Shown: positions 11,311 to 25,191, numbered from the stretch's first letter. The stretch: DNA of 64,000 bases from Squalus acanthias (GCA_030390025.1 CM059425.1:166410001-166474000), one strand, 5' to 3'. Made by a program: numbers and translations. Notes: generated by a model not told the origin, from the sequence alone.

Positions 11311-13455
11311 TGTATCAAAAAAAGCAGTGGCCCCAGCACAGACCCCTGGGGAACCCCACTGTCTACCATCCTCCAGTCTGAAAAACAGCCATTTACCACA
11401 ACTCGCTGTTTACTGTCCTTAAGTCCTTATCCAAGCTGCCACTGCCCCACCTATTCCATGAGCCTCAATTTTGTTAACCAGCCTTCTATGTGGTACTTTG
11501 TGAAACACCTTCCGAAAATCCATGTAGACAACATCCATTGCATTCCCTTCATCGATCCTCCCTGTTACTTCGTCAAAAAATTCAATTAGATAAGTCAAAC
11601 ACGATCTGCCTTTTACAAACCCGTGTTGGCTCTCCTTAATTAGCTTAAACCTCTCCAAATGCCCGTTAATTTTTTCCTTGATCATTGTTTCTAAAACTTT
11701 ACCCACCACTGATGTTAAACTGACCAGCCTGTAGTTACTAGGATTGTCCTTACACCCTTTCTTGAACAATGGTGTCACATTTGCCACTTTCCAATCCTCA
11801 GGCACCACCCCCGCATCTAGGGAAGATTGGAAAATTATGGCAAGCCCTTCCGCTATCTCCTCCCCCAATTCCCTTAGCAACCTGGGATGCAAGCCATCTG
11901 GACCAGGCAACTTGTCCACTCTAAGCATACCCAGCCTTTCGAGTACATCCTGTCTATCAATTTTCACCCCTTCCATTACTTCTACCGATATTTTGTCAGC
12001 ATCCACCTCCTTAGTAAACACTGATACAAAGTACTCATTGAGTATTCTAGCCTTGCCCTGCGTCTCTAAGCATATATCACCTTCTTTGTCTCTAATAGGC
12101 CCCACCCTGCCTCTTACTACCCACTTACTGATTACATGCCGGTAGAAGATTTTTGGGTTCCCTTTTATGTTCACCGCCATTCTACTCTTATATTCTCTCT
12201 TTGCCAATCTTATTTTCATCTTCTCATCCCCTCTCAACTTATTGTATTTGGTCTGGTTCTCCCTTGAAGAATTCACCAGACATTCATCATACACCCTCTT
12301 TTTTTGCTTCATCATCTTCCCTATCTCCCTCGTCATCCAAGGAGCCCTTGCTTTGGTTCCCTTCCCTCTTGTTGGAATGTATCTAGCCTGTACTTGGAAC
12401 ATCTCCTCCTTAAAGATCACCCATTGTTCCATTACAGTTTTTCTTGTCAGTCTCTGGTTCCATTTTACCCTGGCTAGATCCTTTCGCATCCTATTGAAGT
12501 TAGCCCTATTCCAGTTTAGAAGTTCCACTCTAGATTGTTCCTTGCTCCTCTCCATTGCTAATCGAAATCTTATGATACGATGATCACTCGTACCCAAGTG
12601 TTCTCCCACAGACACTTGGACGACCTGGCCCACCTCATTCTCCAGCACCAGATCCAGCAATGCCTCCTTCCTAGTTGAGCCAAGAACATATTGGTTAAGG
12701 AAATTCTCCTGAACACATAATACAATATTACCAATATAACCTTTCTATTAATGAAGCTGCCAAGCAGAATGCAATATTGTTCTTCAACACATTTTTCAAT
12801 ATAAACTATCCTATAAGCTTCATGCGCCCATGACAGATATTGGTTTGCAGACCAATCAAGTCCTGGATGAGTCAGCCTTGGCACATTATATGGGCTCATT
12901 TTACAGATTATCCTCTGCACTTGTCAATGGAATTTGACCTGCAGAACAGCATTGTGTCTGTATGTTCCAGCCTTATCCACAGTTTCATGGAGCACATTAG
13001 CTTTTAAAATGGTTCATTTGAATATGAAAGATGTTAGTTCTTCTGCAGCGAACAGGCCAATGTTATTCAGAGGCTCTGTAGAATTATGTGGAGGTGGATA
13101 GATATATGTATTTGGATAAACATACACTAACAGAATGAGCACGAGACTTTGCTTCCAGTGTAGAAGCAATGATACAAAATATTTAGCAGTGTAGGCCAGC
13201 AGGATTGGAGGAATGTTTGAATGTAATGGAAAGGCAACAACTGTGGACCAATATCATTAATAGAAACTAGTAATTATTTTTCTAAAGGTGGTTAACTCTA
13301 AAGTTGAGACTGAGATCGTTGAATGTTGTTGGTAGTACTAAGTGGGCTGAAACAAAAGTGAAAATCATTTCAAAGATCAAACAGTTATCAATAACATTGG
13401 GAAAAGTTCGAGGTCTGATGTAGTTTATCCATTACGCAGTACATGTTTTCTCTCT

Positions 13456-14455
13456 AGTACTTTAGCAGTGAGTAATTCCAGAGCACTTTCTGTACCACAC
13501 TTTGGAAAATGAGTTTCACTTGTGAAGTTCTTCAAGGTTAGCAACCAGGCCTTAAACAGTTAGGGCCTGTTAAGCTGAAGTAATACTGTTCTATTGGTCT
13601 GAGACTGGTGGCAGTGAGCAGGTCACAGCTTGTAGTACTGGAGTTATACAATGTCCTACCTGTGGCTGGAATTCCATTTTCCTGTTGCCAGGGGAGAGTT
13701 TTGCACATTCTGGGCAGAACTTTGCGCGTGGTCGATAAATTTTAAAGGCCTCCACATTCTCAAAACATTAAATAAGTTCTATGTCAACTTATAAAATGCT
13801 GAAGCGGTCCTGAAAGGCTTTGCAAAATTTAACCTCATATCTCAGTGTGCCTTCAGGATTAAGGGGAGAAAATTTAGGGTTGGAGAAAGTTACTAAAAAA
13901 AGTGATGTATTATTTACTTAAACATAGCTCCATTTGGGTTGGCAATCTGTGTCACTCAGGCGGATTGTAAGTCTCATTGCTAATATTTTCCCAATGTTGA
14001 CAGCTTTGCCTGCAGCTCACTTTTCCTTTCCATAAAGTAGATTTTGTGGGGTAAGTTTTGCGAAGCCCATACTGCCGGTGGCACTTCACACACAGCCAGT
14101 GCATAATCAGAAAATCAGTGGCATGGGGCCTCGCAGAACATACTTTTGCATGTCTACAACCAACATAGAAATGACAAAAAAAATCCAGCGATTTGGTGCA
14201 AAAGACATGCATTTCAGTGAGATAATCCGTCAGTCAGACTCTCTCTCACTAGCATGCCCCTTTTTATGATAGGGCCCCTGTAAAATAAGGCAATACACAG
14301 TTATTCTGAGTTTGATAGCATGAAAGCAATAGTTCTTTATATATTTTAAAACTGTTTAAGGCCTGGTTACTAACCTTGAAGAACCGCACAAGAGAAACCC
14401 ATTTTCCAAAGTGTGGTATAGAAAGTGCTCTGGAATTACTCACCGCTAAAGTACT
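13456..14455. repeat. ~106-bp inverted repeat pair (13456-13561 / 14350-14455) around a ~790-bp spacer
   Basis: AGTACTTTAGCAGTGAGTAATTCCAGAGCACTTTC...CCTTAAACAGTT is the reverse complement of AACTGTTTAAGG...CGCTAAAGTACT, with scattered mismatches. Confidence 0.85.
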
Positions 14456-14781
14456 GCTGTGTTACTATGACAATGCTATTTCAAGCACATGTATGGATGG
14501 CTTAGTTCCCATAGTGAAGGGAAATCCTTAGGCAGAGGTAATAAAATACTTCATGGAACACAATTGCTCTTGTGCTATTGTGATCAAGGGAATACCATTT
14601 GTGGAAAGCAACCAGCCAGGGTTAAATTGTGAAGATGTGGGATGGATAAATGTTCTTGAGTTTTGCTTCATTACCCTTGAGAGTCAGGGATACATTGCAC
14701 AGAATTATGCTTCAGGAGATTAAATAAGTGGGATAGAGTCCATGATAGGGCAGTACTTTATTCTGCTGCACCTGCTGAATA

Positions 14782-15854
14782 TCACTTAACTGCTGTAGTG
14801 ATAGACAACAAATTGGTTATGATAATAAGAATACACCTTTTAACTAATGAAATTATTTTAATTTATGCAACATTAAAATTACGGGAAATTTTTCAGTTAT
14901 CTGAGCAAAAACCTACCACTTAGTGAAATATGACCAATATGTGTACTTTAGAGTTTTGAAGTAGAATGATTGTCTGTAAAAACTGCAGAATTGGTTTTGT
15001 GGAGCTCAAACACTTTCCCAATACATTTACTGGAACAGTGGGCCCCCAACATCATCTGAGGACATGAAACAAATGGGCCAATTTCTTCAAATCATTTCTA
15101 AATGAAAGGAATTTTTCACTTGACTGGTTATATTGATAAACCTTGCCAGTAAAGGTAAGACATGTGTGGTCACTGCAGAACAGAAAGCAAGCTTTTTTCT
15201 TGCAGGTTGGCAGCTAGAAAGTGCATGAAAATATATCTTCCATTTAACGGTGTGTTTCCATACTAATGGAAAAAAAAAGACAGATTATGTCTTGTTTGAT
15301 GACTGACAAGTTACAGGTCCCAATATATCACTTTAGTGTTGTAAAATATGTTTGCCAGATGCACTCAAATATAAATCTTGTGGCATAGTTTATATTTCGA
15401 TACTTTTCCCAGGAAAATAATACAGCATATTTGAATACATTTGTCAAATCACCCTTTCAATCATTGGCAATGCATTGCAATAAAATCCTTAGACCTTCTG
15501 TGTGTAAATCAGAAATTGCTTCAGTAGTTATTGTCAATCAATATTTAGTGAAGAAATTGGTCCCAAATGAAGCAGCAGACAATTGGCTAAAATGCTATTG
15601 AGAACTTGGAGAAAAGATAACTGCACAACACATCAATCATTTGTACGCAGGTTGACAGTGGACAGTATAGGATCTGTCAATATGCATCTACAGCTCACTT
15701 AAGTGCTGCAGTGGTAGCCAGCAAATTGGTCATAATTATAAGAAGACACCTTTTAAACATTAAAACTACAGTTATCCAACATTAAAATAACTAGGAAATT
15801 TTTCAGTTTTCTGAGCACTTCAAATTTTGACCTACCACTTGACGAAGTATGACC
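14782..15854. repeat. Diverged ~155-bp direct repeat (14782-14935 / 15695-15854)
   Basis: Shared blocks TCACTTAA, CAAATTGGT, ACACCTTTTAA, CAACATTAAAAT, GGAAATTTTTCAGTT and ACCTACCACTT occur in the same order. Confidence 0.75.
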
Positions 15855-16297
15855 CATTACCATGACCCTTTCAAAGTACAGGGAGGTCTATAGGGAACCT
15901 CAAATTATGCACACCTTCATTCACAATGTAATAATATCACCATAGTAATGAAAGGCAAATTGTACTGCATTAACAGGGGCTGCTGAATAAACTGGAGGAT
16001 TCAGCAAAAATGACACATTAGCATCCAGAAAATATGCATTTTAGTAGATCATGGTTAGGATTGTTCTTAAAGTTAAGAGCTAAAATTTATTTAAACTTTT
16101 TGCATTGGGTATATGCCTACGGACCACTAAATTGCATTGCAATTCAATAGTTCATCCCCACCAGTTCCCAAAAGAAATTTGTGCCTAAAATATGAAAAGG
16201 CTCAGCCTGTTACCTAAACCTAAGGCTGACAATTAGGAAAATTCAGCTGGAGGTATTAAAACATTTGTAAAATAGCAGCATTACTATAAAACACTTA

Positions 16298-17190
16298 GGG
16301 GTAGAAATTAGGTCGCGCCCCATTTGGGGCGCAAATATCGTCTGGACGCAAATATTAGCGCCTGGCGCTAATTATCGGCACTGACAGGAAACTTCACTTT
16401 TACCGCCCCGGGAGGTGAGTGGAGCGCTAAAGCAGGCGCTGCACACCTGTCTTAAGGCGCAAAGGCCAAGGAGTGAGGCGCTAACTCAGAGCGCTGGCGA
16501 AGCTCATGTAATGTCAGTCAGCAATGGAACACACACACAATGGCACGGGCCAGTTCTTAAAGGGGATGGTTAATCTTGCTTTCCATCCACATCCTGTTCA
16601 TTGCAGCCTTGAATCTCGGCCTGGAGAGACTTGCACATCAAATGTGCTGGAAAGAACAATGGAGAGTACCAGGCAAAGAGCTCAGAGTGCAGCTCCCACA
16701 GTCTCTGCTAAATCGATACAAGGAATGGCAAATCAAAATGAACCTGCAAAGTGCTGCTCAGTACCCAAAACTCCTTCACACAACGTTGAATCTCTCCAGA
16801 AGTCTCTCCCTCTCTCTCTCAGAATGCGTAGTTCAAAAATGCCACCAACAATAAAAGACACGAAGAGGCCCCCTTTAAATAGCGCCCCCCCCAGCCCCAC
16901 AGCGATTGATAGCGTTCCAGTCTTCTGGTCGTTGGATGCGCCAGGCGGTAAGGCAGGGGGCGCCACTCAATTTCCGCTCCGGGGCGCCCCAAGGGCGTTG
17001 CACCATGGAATGACGTCATAATCTGCGCGCGCAGGTGGTCGCAGCGGTAAGTTTTAGCGCCGCCGCACAATCTCAAGTTAAGTTCTCGAGCGGCGCAAAC
17101 ATCGCTGCGCCCGGGCGTTAGCGGCTTTGCGCCCCATTAGCGCCCTCTTAAGGCGCTAACGGGAGGCGCAACCAAGTGAATTTTTACCCC
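16298..17190 (-). mobile_element. Non-autonomous Harbinger MITE, 893 bp, built from family A-like ends
   Basis: GGGGTAGAAATT...AATTTTTACCCC termini with TTA TSD. It is a near-identical reverse complement of 44270-45162, and its ends are homologous to 4376-4830 and 8160-8535. Confidence 0.92.
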
Positions 17191-17760
17191 TTAGCATTGT
17201 GCAAAGAGAGGTGTACTGATGATTTTAAAAGATTTTTATTCTTGAATTTATACATGTGCAAACTTTATATGGGAAAGGTGGAGAAAACATAAACATAAGG
17301 AGAGAAATTGGTTATGTGCCAGTCCTTTCCCTGAAGTGACGGCATGGCTAGAACATGTGCCCGAAGATGGGGGCCCCAGGCTTGGTCCAGGTTGGACCTT
17401 GAGTCTCATCTCTATAATACAGGCAAACTGTGAACGCCAATTGGGCATTCTGATGGAGTGTCCCAGTTATGATCATCCCATAGGTAAGCCCTGGGGGGGG
17501 GGGGCGGGCTGGGGGCAAACGGGAGGGAGGCGAGCGCAGGCTGGCAGCAGCTGCTATACTGCTGTGGAACCAGGAGGCTCTTGCTCCACATTAAGGTAAG
17601 TAAAAAAAAAATAAAGACTTATCTATTCTTCTATGACCTCCAGGATATGGAAAAACTGAGTGGCCATGAGTGGTGTATGTTGCACCCAGTTTTTGCTGAA
17701 TTTAACATTCGGGTCCTGAAACAGGCATTGGACATCTGATTAGCATATACAAAGCGCTTA

Positions 17761-18482
17761 GGGCTAGAAATTCATTGCATTTGCACCTCTTGTTAGCGCT
17801 CCCGGGCACGGCGCCGCTAACGACTCCTGCTAAATTCAGCAGGAGTTTAGCGGCGGCGGTAACTGGTAGCGCCCCGCTCCGCTGCGCAGGCAATGACGAC
17901 GTCATCACTGTGCGCAGTGTCCCGTTTTTGCCCTGCCTGCAAAATTGGCCCGCGCCCCCTGAATCTACACCGGGCGATGACAGTGACCGATTCAGGGGTG
18001 GGAACGGAGCGGCAGGAGGCTTGTGGAGCACTAAGTAAAGGGGAGGTGGCGGGCGGGGGAAAAAAAATCGTCTGACTTACTTGCCGCGGCCGGTTGCGTC
18101 TTTGAACACGGGGTCCGTGCCGCGATCTGGCAGCCCGGCACTCCTCTTGAGTGCCGGGCTGCTGGCACGGCACCCCGCTCCCTGGTGGTCCAGGTAGGGC
18201 CCCGCAGAGTTGTGGGCTTGGGCCCTCCCCTTTAATGAGAGGAAGAGCCCTTCCATGCGGCAGCGCCAAGTGGCTCAGTGTGTAGCGCTGCAGAACGCAC
18301 CGCCCCAATATTCGGGGTTAGCGCTCTAAGAAGGAAGTGGAGCGCTTGGGTTAGTGCTCCAACTCCCTCTTGGGGCACTAAAACTGAAGTTAGTAATCGC
18401 CGCCGCTATTTTTCGCCAGGCGCTAAATTCTCGCCCAGGCGATGTTGGCAACCCAAACTGATCGCTAGCGAATTTTTCTCCC
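17761..18482. mobile_element. Non-autonomous Harbinger-type MITE, 722 bp, CpG-rich
   Basis: GGGCTAGAAATT...AATTTTTCTCCC termini, TTA TSD and repeated TTAGCG/CGCTAA motifs. Confidence 0.82.
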
Positions 18483-18569
18483 TTAATGTCTGTTTTTGGC
18501 AGGCACCTCAGGCATGTAGAAGTCATTGGCTGTCAAATTGGCAGCCATGTACTTTCGAGGGGATCAGAC

Positions 18570-19990
18570 TTGGAAATTGGTCCCCCAACATGCATTTTGT
18601 GCCCAAAAAACAGGCACAACAGGGACTAATTGCCGCTCCCCCCATAATCTTTTGCTGCGTAACTTATTGTATTAAGAAAGGCAAGATAGAAAATACGATT
18701 TAGAGGGCAGATCGTGAATAAAGGAATATAATTTAATGGGCTTCTTTAGTTTAAGTCGAGTGTTATCAGTACTGAGGGAACAGCACATTCACTGTATTAC
18801 CACAACTAACCTGCACCAGCCACACAACTACAGCAGCATCCTGACCCTGTGGAATTCTGTGGAATTGGCTATTTAAATCATCTCTATATGCTTCCCAGGT
18901 GATTTTCATGTGTGCAGGGAGTGTTGTTCACTTAAAGTGCAGCAGTTGTTTTTTGTTGGAGGCTGAGTGTTACTGGAAAATGTGGCTGGAGGAGATGCCA
19001 GAACTGTTCCCTTTACTGGGAAGAGTCTGGAGGTTTTACTAGAGGAGGAGGCCCTGAGGAAAGTGACAGTTCTTGGGGCAGACGGAAACCCTCCAAGTGT
19101 AACCAATGTACTGCAAACACGGCAAGAGGTAACCAATGGAGTAACTGCTCTGTCTTCTGTCTACTGTCATGGAGCAAATGAGAACATTTTTTTTCTGGAT
19201 TGAGGAAGAACATCAAGAGAGGGAAAACTAAAGAATAACCATTTAAAGCAAAGGGATGTTTGTGCACTCAGCCCACAGTATGCTCTCTTCTTATGCTTTC
19301 ACACTGGGAAAACTAAAGAATAACCACTCAAAGCAAAGTGATGTCTGTACTATACATGCACTAAGCACTCAGCCCACAGTATGCTCTCTTCTTATGCTTT
19401 CACACTAAGTGGAGTGTAGGCTGCTTATTGGAGTACCCCTCGTATCTCCTGCCAATTACGAACAGGTTTGTTTCTTCTGTTTTCAAAGCCTTTCATTACC
19501 ATTAGCAGAGAACCCACATTGGTGGCAGGCCAGGCAACCAGTAACATCTCATCAGGCCATCACAATTATTGGATTGGAGGCCATCGAGTGAGTGAGCATG
19601 GGAGAAATTGGTGGCCTGGTACCAGCATAACAAAGTAACTGCTCTTTAACTTCATTTTTCTCACCATTAAACTCAACCACTGAGTAAAGGGCAGGCACAT
19701 CTGCCCATCATCAGAAATGTGTACCCATTTACCACATACTCTATGCTAACACGTCTTTCCTTTCTACTTGCTTTGTGGTCTCACAAGATGATACCAGGGA
19801 AGATAAGAGGTAGGATTCGCACAGCAACCCTGTCAAACACTCTAGACCCTGTAAGCAGCAGACACGGACATACACTTTGTGGAGATGAGATAGAGAGAGT
19901 CAGGAGGAAGCACTAATGAGGAAGAGAAAGTGGAAGTGGCACCAGATGATTATGAACAGGAGGAAGGGAGAGCTGGGGAAGACAGCCAGA
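18570..19990 (+). pseudogene. Decayed Harbinger Myb-gene relic, including an ~85-100-bp tandem duplication at 19221-19406
   Basis: ORF 18967..19203 (RTVPFTGKSLEVLLEEEALRK) resembles Myb exon 1 (RAPRF...LEALV). GGGAAAACTAAAGAATAACCA...GCTTTCACACT is duplicated. Confidence 0.5.
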
Positions 19991-22900
19991 ATGATCATTA
20001 AAATGTCAAACTATTGTTCATTGTCAGCAAGCTTATTCATATATTGCCTGAATCTTAACCTATATCTCCCAGCCCTGCTGTTCTGTGAGCGTAACCCTGT
20101 GGAAGTTAAGTTTAGCTACTAGCGTGCTAGCGGGCTGCCCTCCCCACCAAAAATATGTTTGTTACTAGATATTACTGTGCTTACCAATAATTTCAGAACC
20201 TTGTCCTAACCAGTTTTTGTCTATTGCTGTTCAAACATTTTCTCCAACAGAGCTGGGAGAATCTGTTAAACAAAATGGCTTGCTAAAGAGAGTGGCAATG
20301 GGAATTTGATGAGAATGGGTATTCCGTGCAGAGGGGAAGGGAGGTGCTAAGTACTTTAAACCAAGGGGAAACAGTAAATTTATAAATAATCGGAGTAATT
20401 CATTAGATCTAAAGGGATTTTTTTAAAGCAAAATGATGGGACAGCTGAGAACCATTGCCTGCAATCCCTGTGTCATGTGGGAATTATAACCAAATGTGCA
20501 TAAGTGTCTCCAGTTGCTCAAACTCAAGCTCAGGATTTCTGAGCTTGAGGAGTGGCTGGAGTCACTACAGGGCACACAAGAGGCTGAGAATTTCCTGGAG
20601 CGCACATTCCACGAGGTGGTCACCCCCACAGCTGCAGAGCGTTTAGGAAAATAGTAAATGGGTACCCATCCGGTAGGGTAGGAAGAGGCAGGCAGTGCAG
20701 GAATCCTCCGGGTGTATGGCACTCTCAGACCAGTTTTCAGCACTGAATACCAGAGACAACAGCTTGGGGGAGTGCAGTCTAGAGCAAAACCACGACAATG
20801 TGGGGCAAATGACTGCATAGGGGGCACAGCAAAATGTAGAACTACAATGGGCATAGGGGATTCGATAGTTAGGGGGATAGACAGGCATTTCTGCAACCCG
20901 TCAATGTGAGTCCTGCATGGTGTGATGCCTCCCTGGTGCCAGGTTAAAGGACATCACTGAGAGGATGCAGAAAATATTGAGGGGGGAAGGGGAACATCCA
21001 GAAGTCGTTGTCCATGTGGGAACCAATGATATAGCAAGGAAAAGGATTGTGGTCCTGCAGTCAGAGTTTCAGGAGATAGGGAGGAAGTTAAAAAGCAGGA
21101 TCTCAAAGGTAGTAATCTCTGGATTACTCTCAGTGCCACACACTAGGGCACATAGGAATAGTAGGATAAAACAGATTAATGTGTGGCTGGAGAAATGGTG
21201 CAGGAGACAGGGCTTCAGATTCCTGGATAATTGAGACCAGTTCTGGGGCAGGAGGGACCTGTTCAAGAGGGACGGGTTGCACCTCAACATAGCTGGGACC
21301 AATGTCCTCACGGGAAGGTTAGCTAGTACTGTGGGGGAGGGATTAAACCAATTTGGCAGGGGAATGGTCATCAGGATGAAACATTAGTGAGGAGAAACAA
21401 GGTGCACAGAGGACTGGGAGAGGCAAATAGCACTAGACTAAAGAATAGTTCAGGAATAGGAGGGATCAGAGAGGGGGCAAATGCGAAGCAGTCTAAGCTA
21501 GGTTTGTAGTGCATGTACGTCAATGCACGGAGCGTGGTAAATAAGATTGCTGAGCTGCAGGCACAAGTCGTCACATGGGACTATGATATAGTGGCAATAA
21601 CAGAGACCTGGCTCAAAGAAGGGGAGGATTGGGAACTTAATATTTCTGACTGCAAGGTATTCAGAAAAGATAGGGAAGGAAGAAAAGGAGGGGGTGGCAG
21701 TATTGATCTAAGAAACTATTATAGCACTGGATAGAGATGATGTAGTTGAGGGGCCAAAGACAGAGTCTATTTGGTTAGAATTAAGGAACAATAGAGGAGT
21801 TATTATACTACTGGGTGCGTACTATAGACCACCAAATAGTGGGAAGGAGATAGAGGAGCAAATTTGTAGGCAAATTACAGAAGGATGCAAGAACTACAAA
21901 GTTGTGATGATGAGGGACTTCAATTATCCTAATATAGACTAGGATAGTAACTGTATAAAGGGCAAAGAGGGGGATGAATTCCTGAAATGTGTACAAAAGA
22001 ACTTTCTTGATCAGTGTGTTTCCAGCCCAACGAGGAACGAAGCAGTGCTGGATCTAGTACTGGGGAATTAAGTGGGCTAAGCGGAGCATGTTACAGTAGG
22101 AGAGCATTTGGGGAACAGTGATCATAATATCAGGCTTAGAATAGCGGAAAGGAACAAGGAACAATCAAGCGTAAAAATATTTAACTGGAGGAGGGCTAAT
22201 CGCAGTGAGTTGAAAAGGGATCTGGCTCAGATGGATTTGAATCGAAAATTGGTAGGCAAAAAAGTAATTGAACAATTCAATGAGGAGATGGTTCAGGTAC
22301 AGAGTAGACACATTCCTATGAGGGGGAAAGGAAGGGCATCCAAAGCTAGAGCTCTCTGGATGACTAAAGATAAAGACGTTAAAATGAGACAGAGAAAGGA
22401 AGCTTATGACAATTGTAAGGTTCATAATACAGTAGAGAACCAAGCTGAACATATAAGAGGGGCAAAGAGAAAGTATGAGAATAGATTAGCGGCTAACATA
22501 AAAGGGAGACCAAAGTCTTTCATAAACACATAAATAGTAAAAGGGTAGTGAAAGGAAGGGTGGGGCCGATTAAGGACCAAAAAGGAGATCTTCTTGTGGA
22601 GGCAGAGGGCATGGCTAAGGTACTAAATGAGTACTTTGAATCTGTCTTCACTAGAGATGCGGATGCTGCCAATTTAGCAGTAAAGGAGGAGGCAGTAGCG
22701 ATATTGGATAAGATAAAATAAATAAAGAAGATATATTTAAAAGGTTGCCAGTCCTCAAAGTAGAAAAGTCACCCGGTTCGGATGGGATGCATCCTAAGTT
22801 ATTGAGGGAAGCAAGGGTGGAAATTGGCTCTGGCCACAATTTTTCATTCCTCCTTGCATATGGGGGTGGTGCTAGAGGACTGGAGGTTTGCAAATATTAC

Positions 22901-23291
22901 ACACCTGTTTAAAAAAGGGGAGAAGGATAACCCCACCAACTACACACCAATCAGACCAGTCAGCCTAACGTCAGTGGTGGGGAAATTTTTAGAGACAATG
23001 GGCTAAAAATTGGATAGCCCCTGAAAACGGGTGCAGAGCTCATGATGCGCGATTACCCCATGCCCGTTCAAAGTAATGCAGGCAGCATGCAAACTTCGTG
23101 CTGTCTTCTAATTCTCTGCTGAGTGGCTGCACGCTCAGCAGGGGGCCCAGTTCGTGCGAGGCTAGCATCAATTAAAGCTAGCCTGCAGTTCTTAAAGCCA
23201 GCCTGCACCTCTTAAAGAGGAGGTGCATTCTGGCTGCAGCAGGTACTGGAAGTCATTGTCGAGGAGTGTGTGACCTACAGGAATAGTGAAG

Positions 23292-25191
23292 ATGCCGCAA
23301 CATGCCAGAGAGAGGGCACCCAGATTTTTGGATGTAGGACTCAAGGCCCTCGAGCAGGAGGTGGACAGGAGGAGAGATGTCCTGTATCCACAGGGGGCTA
23401 GGAGGCCCTCCAGACAGACACTGAGAAGGGAAAGGGAGCAGATAGCCATCACTGTCAATGCAAGCAGTGTAGCCCCGAGGACCTGGTTGCAGTGCAGGAA
23501 GAAGTTTAATGACATCACGAGTGGTCAAGGTCAGTGAATTCCTCTTCAAATGCCATATCCCAGCAACTGCATCACTAGCCTCACACTCTGCTCAATTTAC
23601 CACACCCCCATTGCTCACCTAGCAACAATCTCTATCAATCACGACTCATACCTCTCATTCATATGCTCTATCTCACCCTCACACACTTACCATTGCTGCA
23701 AGCCTCACGCCCACATCTCACAGTTTGTACACACTGCCAGCTATTCAACCATGACAGCCACATCAGCCAAACACAGTGAACCACACTCACTGACACACTT
23801 CCCTCTCTCTTGCAGGACAAGGTGGCACAGAATCGTAGGCATTGGCAGCTAACTGGAGGGGGACAGGCACACCTCCATATCCTGACCCCGCTCGAGGAGA
23901 CGGTGCTTATCATAATTGGAGTGGCTGTGACTGAGGCCGTGGCCAGCGGTGTCACTGAAAGCATTGCTGATGACGGTATGCTCATACCTAATCCTCCTTC
24001 TCACATACCACTTCGCCCTCATCCCACAATCTCTTCTGACTTACAAGCTGCAGATGGTGTAAGCATTGCACCTCTTGCTTTCACCCCCCCACCTCTCACC
24101 ACAACCCTACCCTTATGCCTTTCTCTTTTCAGAGACACAAGAAATCCCACCTGGCCAGGCAGTGGTGCAAGAGGAAGAGGAGAGTGATGATGAAGAAGAA
24201 AAACCGTCACTCGATCTGACACTCACAGCCACCAGCTCAGATACAGGCACTGCACGGACTTTAGAGGGTAGCTTAGAGGCGGGATCTGCACATCACTGGG
24301 CATGAATGGGCAGCAGCCAGGGCAGGGGAAAGGGTAGCGCAGGTGCCAGCTTCCTGAGGTTGCACACAAGTTATGCTGCACAGGACTCCGATGAGGACTT
24401 CGATGGGGCGGTCTACAGAAGAAGGCTGATGGGTATGCACACTGAAATGCTTGTTGCATTGGCAGACCTGCCAGAAAGCCTGAATGCAATGTCAAGGAGC
24501 ATGGAGGAGTCCAGTTCCAACCTTGAACAGGGCTTTGCCCAGAGCTTGGAGCCCATCCTTTCCAGCGTAGAAGAGGTGGGCAGATCCATTAGCGCACTTC
24601 TGGACCCAACCATCATGCCACGTCTGATGGCCGATGTCTCAGCTTCCACTGCAACACAAGCAGAAGCCACCCAATGGCTGAGTGCTGTAATGGAAGCTCA
24701 GACTGAAGTCATGTAAGCTCAGCTTGCTGCCATGCAAGCACAAACTGCTGCCATCATGGCTGGGTTTACCAGTGTTGAAAGGGGCTTGCAGGGTGTCACG
24801 GCAGTCCAGCAATCTGTCCTCCAGCAGATTACTAGGATTGCTGAGGTGCTGCCCCGGGGGAGTGGCAGTGCCTCTGTGGAGGATGAACCTGCTGTCCTCC
24901 CTCAGGATGATAGCATTTGTCCTCCCACCACTGCCACTCCACCAGTGCCCTTGCTGTTGTCTGTCAGCCAGCCAACCCAGACTGCTGCTGGCTATGCAGA
25001 GGTGGTTCAGTCAGAAGCCGGGCCTACGAGGCCTAGAGCTGCTCGAGGTTGTCCTGCAAAGCCATCTGCAGTCTCCCTTACTGAAAGTCAGCAGCTATGC
25101 TGCAGCCACTGGGGTAGCACTGCGTAGGAGCACTAGGACAGGCAAAGGCACACAGAAGACAGGCACTAAGGGATTCCACAAGCGTGAGTAG
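23292..25191 (+). pseudogene. Harbinger Myb/SANT gene (exons ~23292-23529, 23816-23975, 24133-25191), frameshifted
   Basis: MPQHARERAPRF...RTWLQCRKKFNDIT, DKVAQNRR..TGGG, then a C-terminus homologous to 6345..7331. Intron positions match family A. Confidence 0.82.

Larger units (their letters stand above)
9394..12716 (-). mobile_element. CR1 LINE, 5'-truncated ORF2 (endonuclease end plus RT), carrying two nested DNA elements
   Basis: ORFs 11419..12660, 10877..11137 and 10168..10875 contain [80 protein letters not shown] and RLRGDLIEVYK. The 3' tail is (ATAGAGTC)n. Confidence 0.93.

Noticed and set aside
16524..17021. 165-177-aa ORFs conserved between the 893-bp MITE copies (also 44403..44936)
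   Set aside because: They are shared only because the copies are recent. They run through GC-rich terminal sequence, have no recognisable domain and are broken in the 59035-60628 copy.
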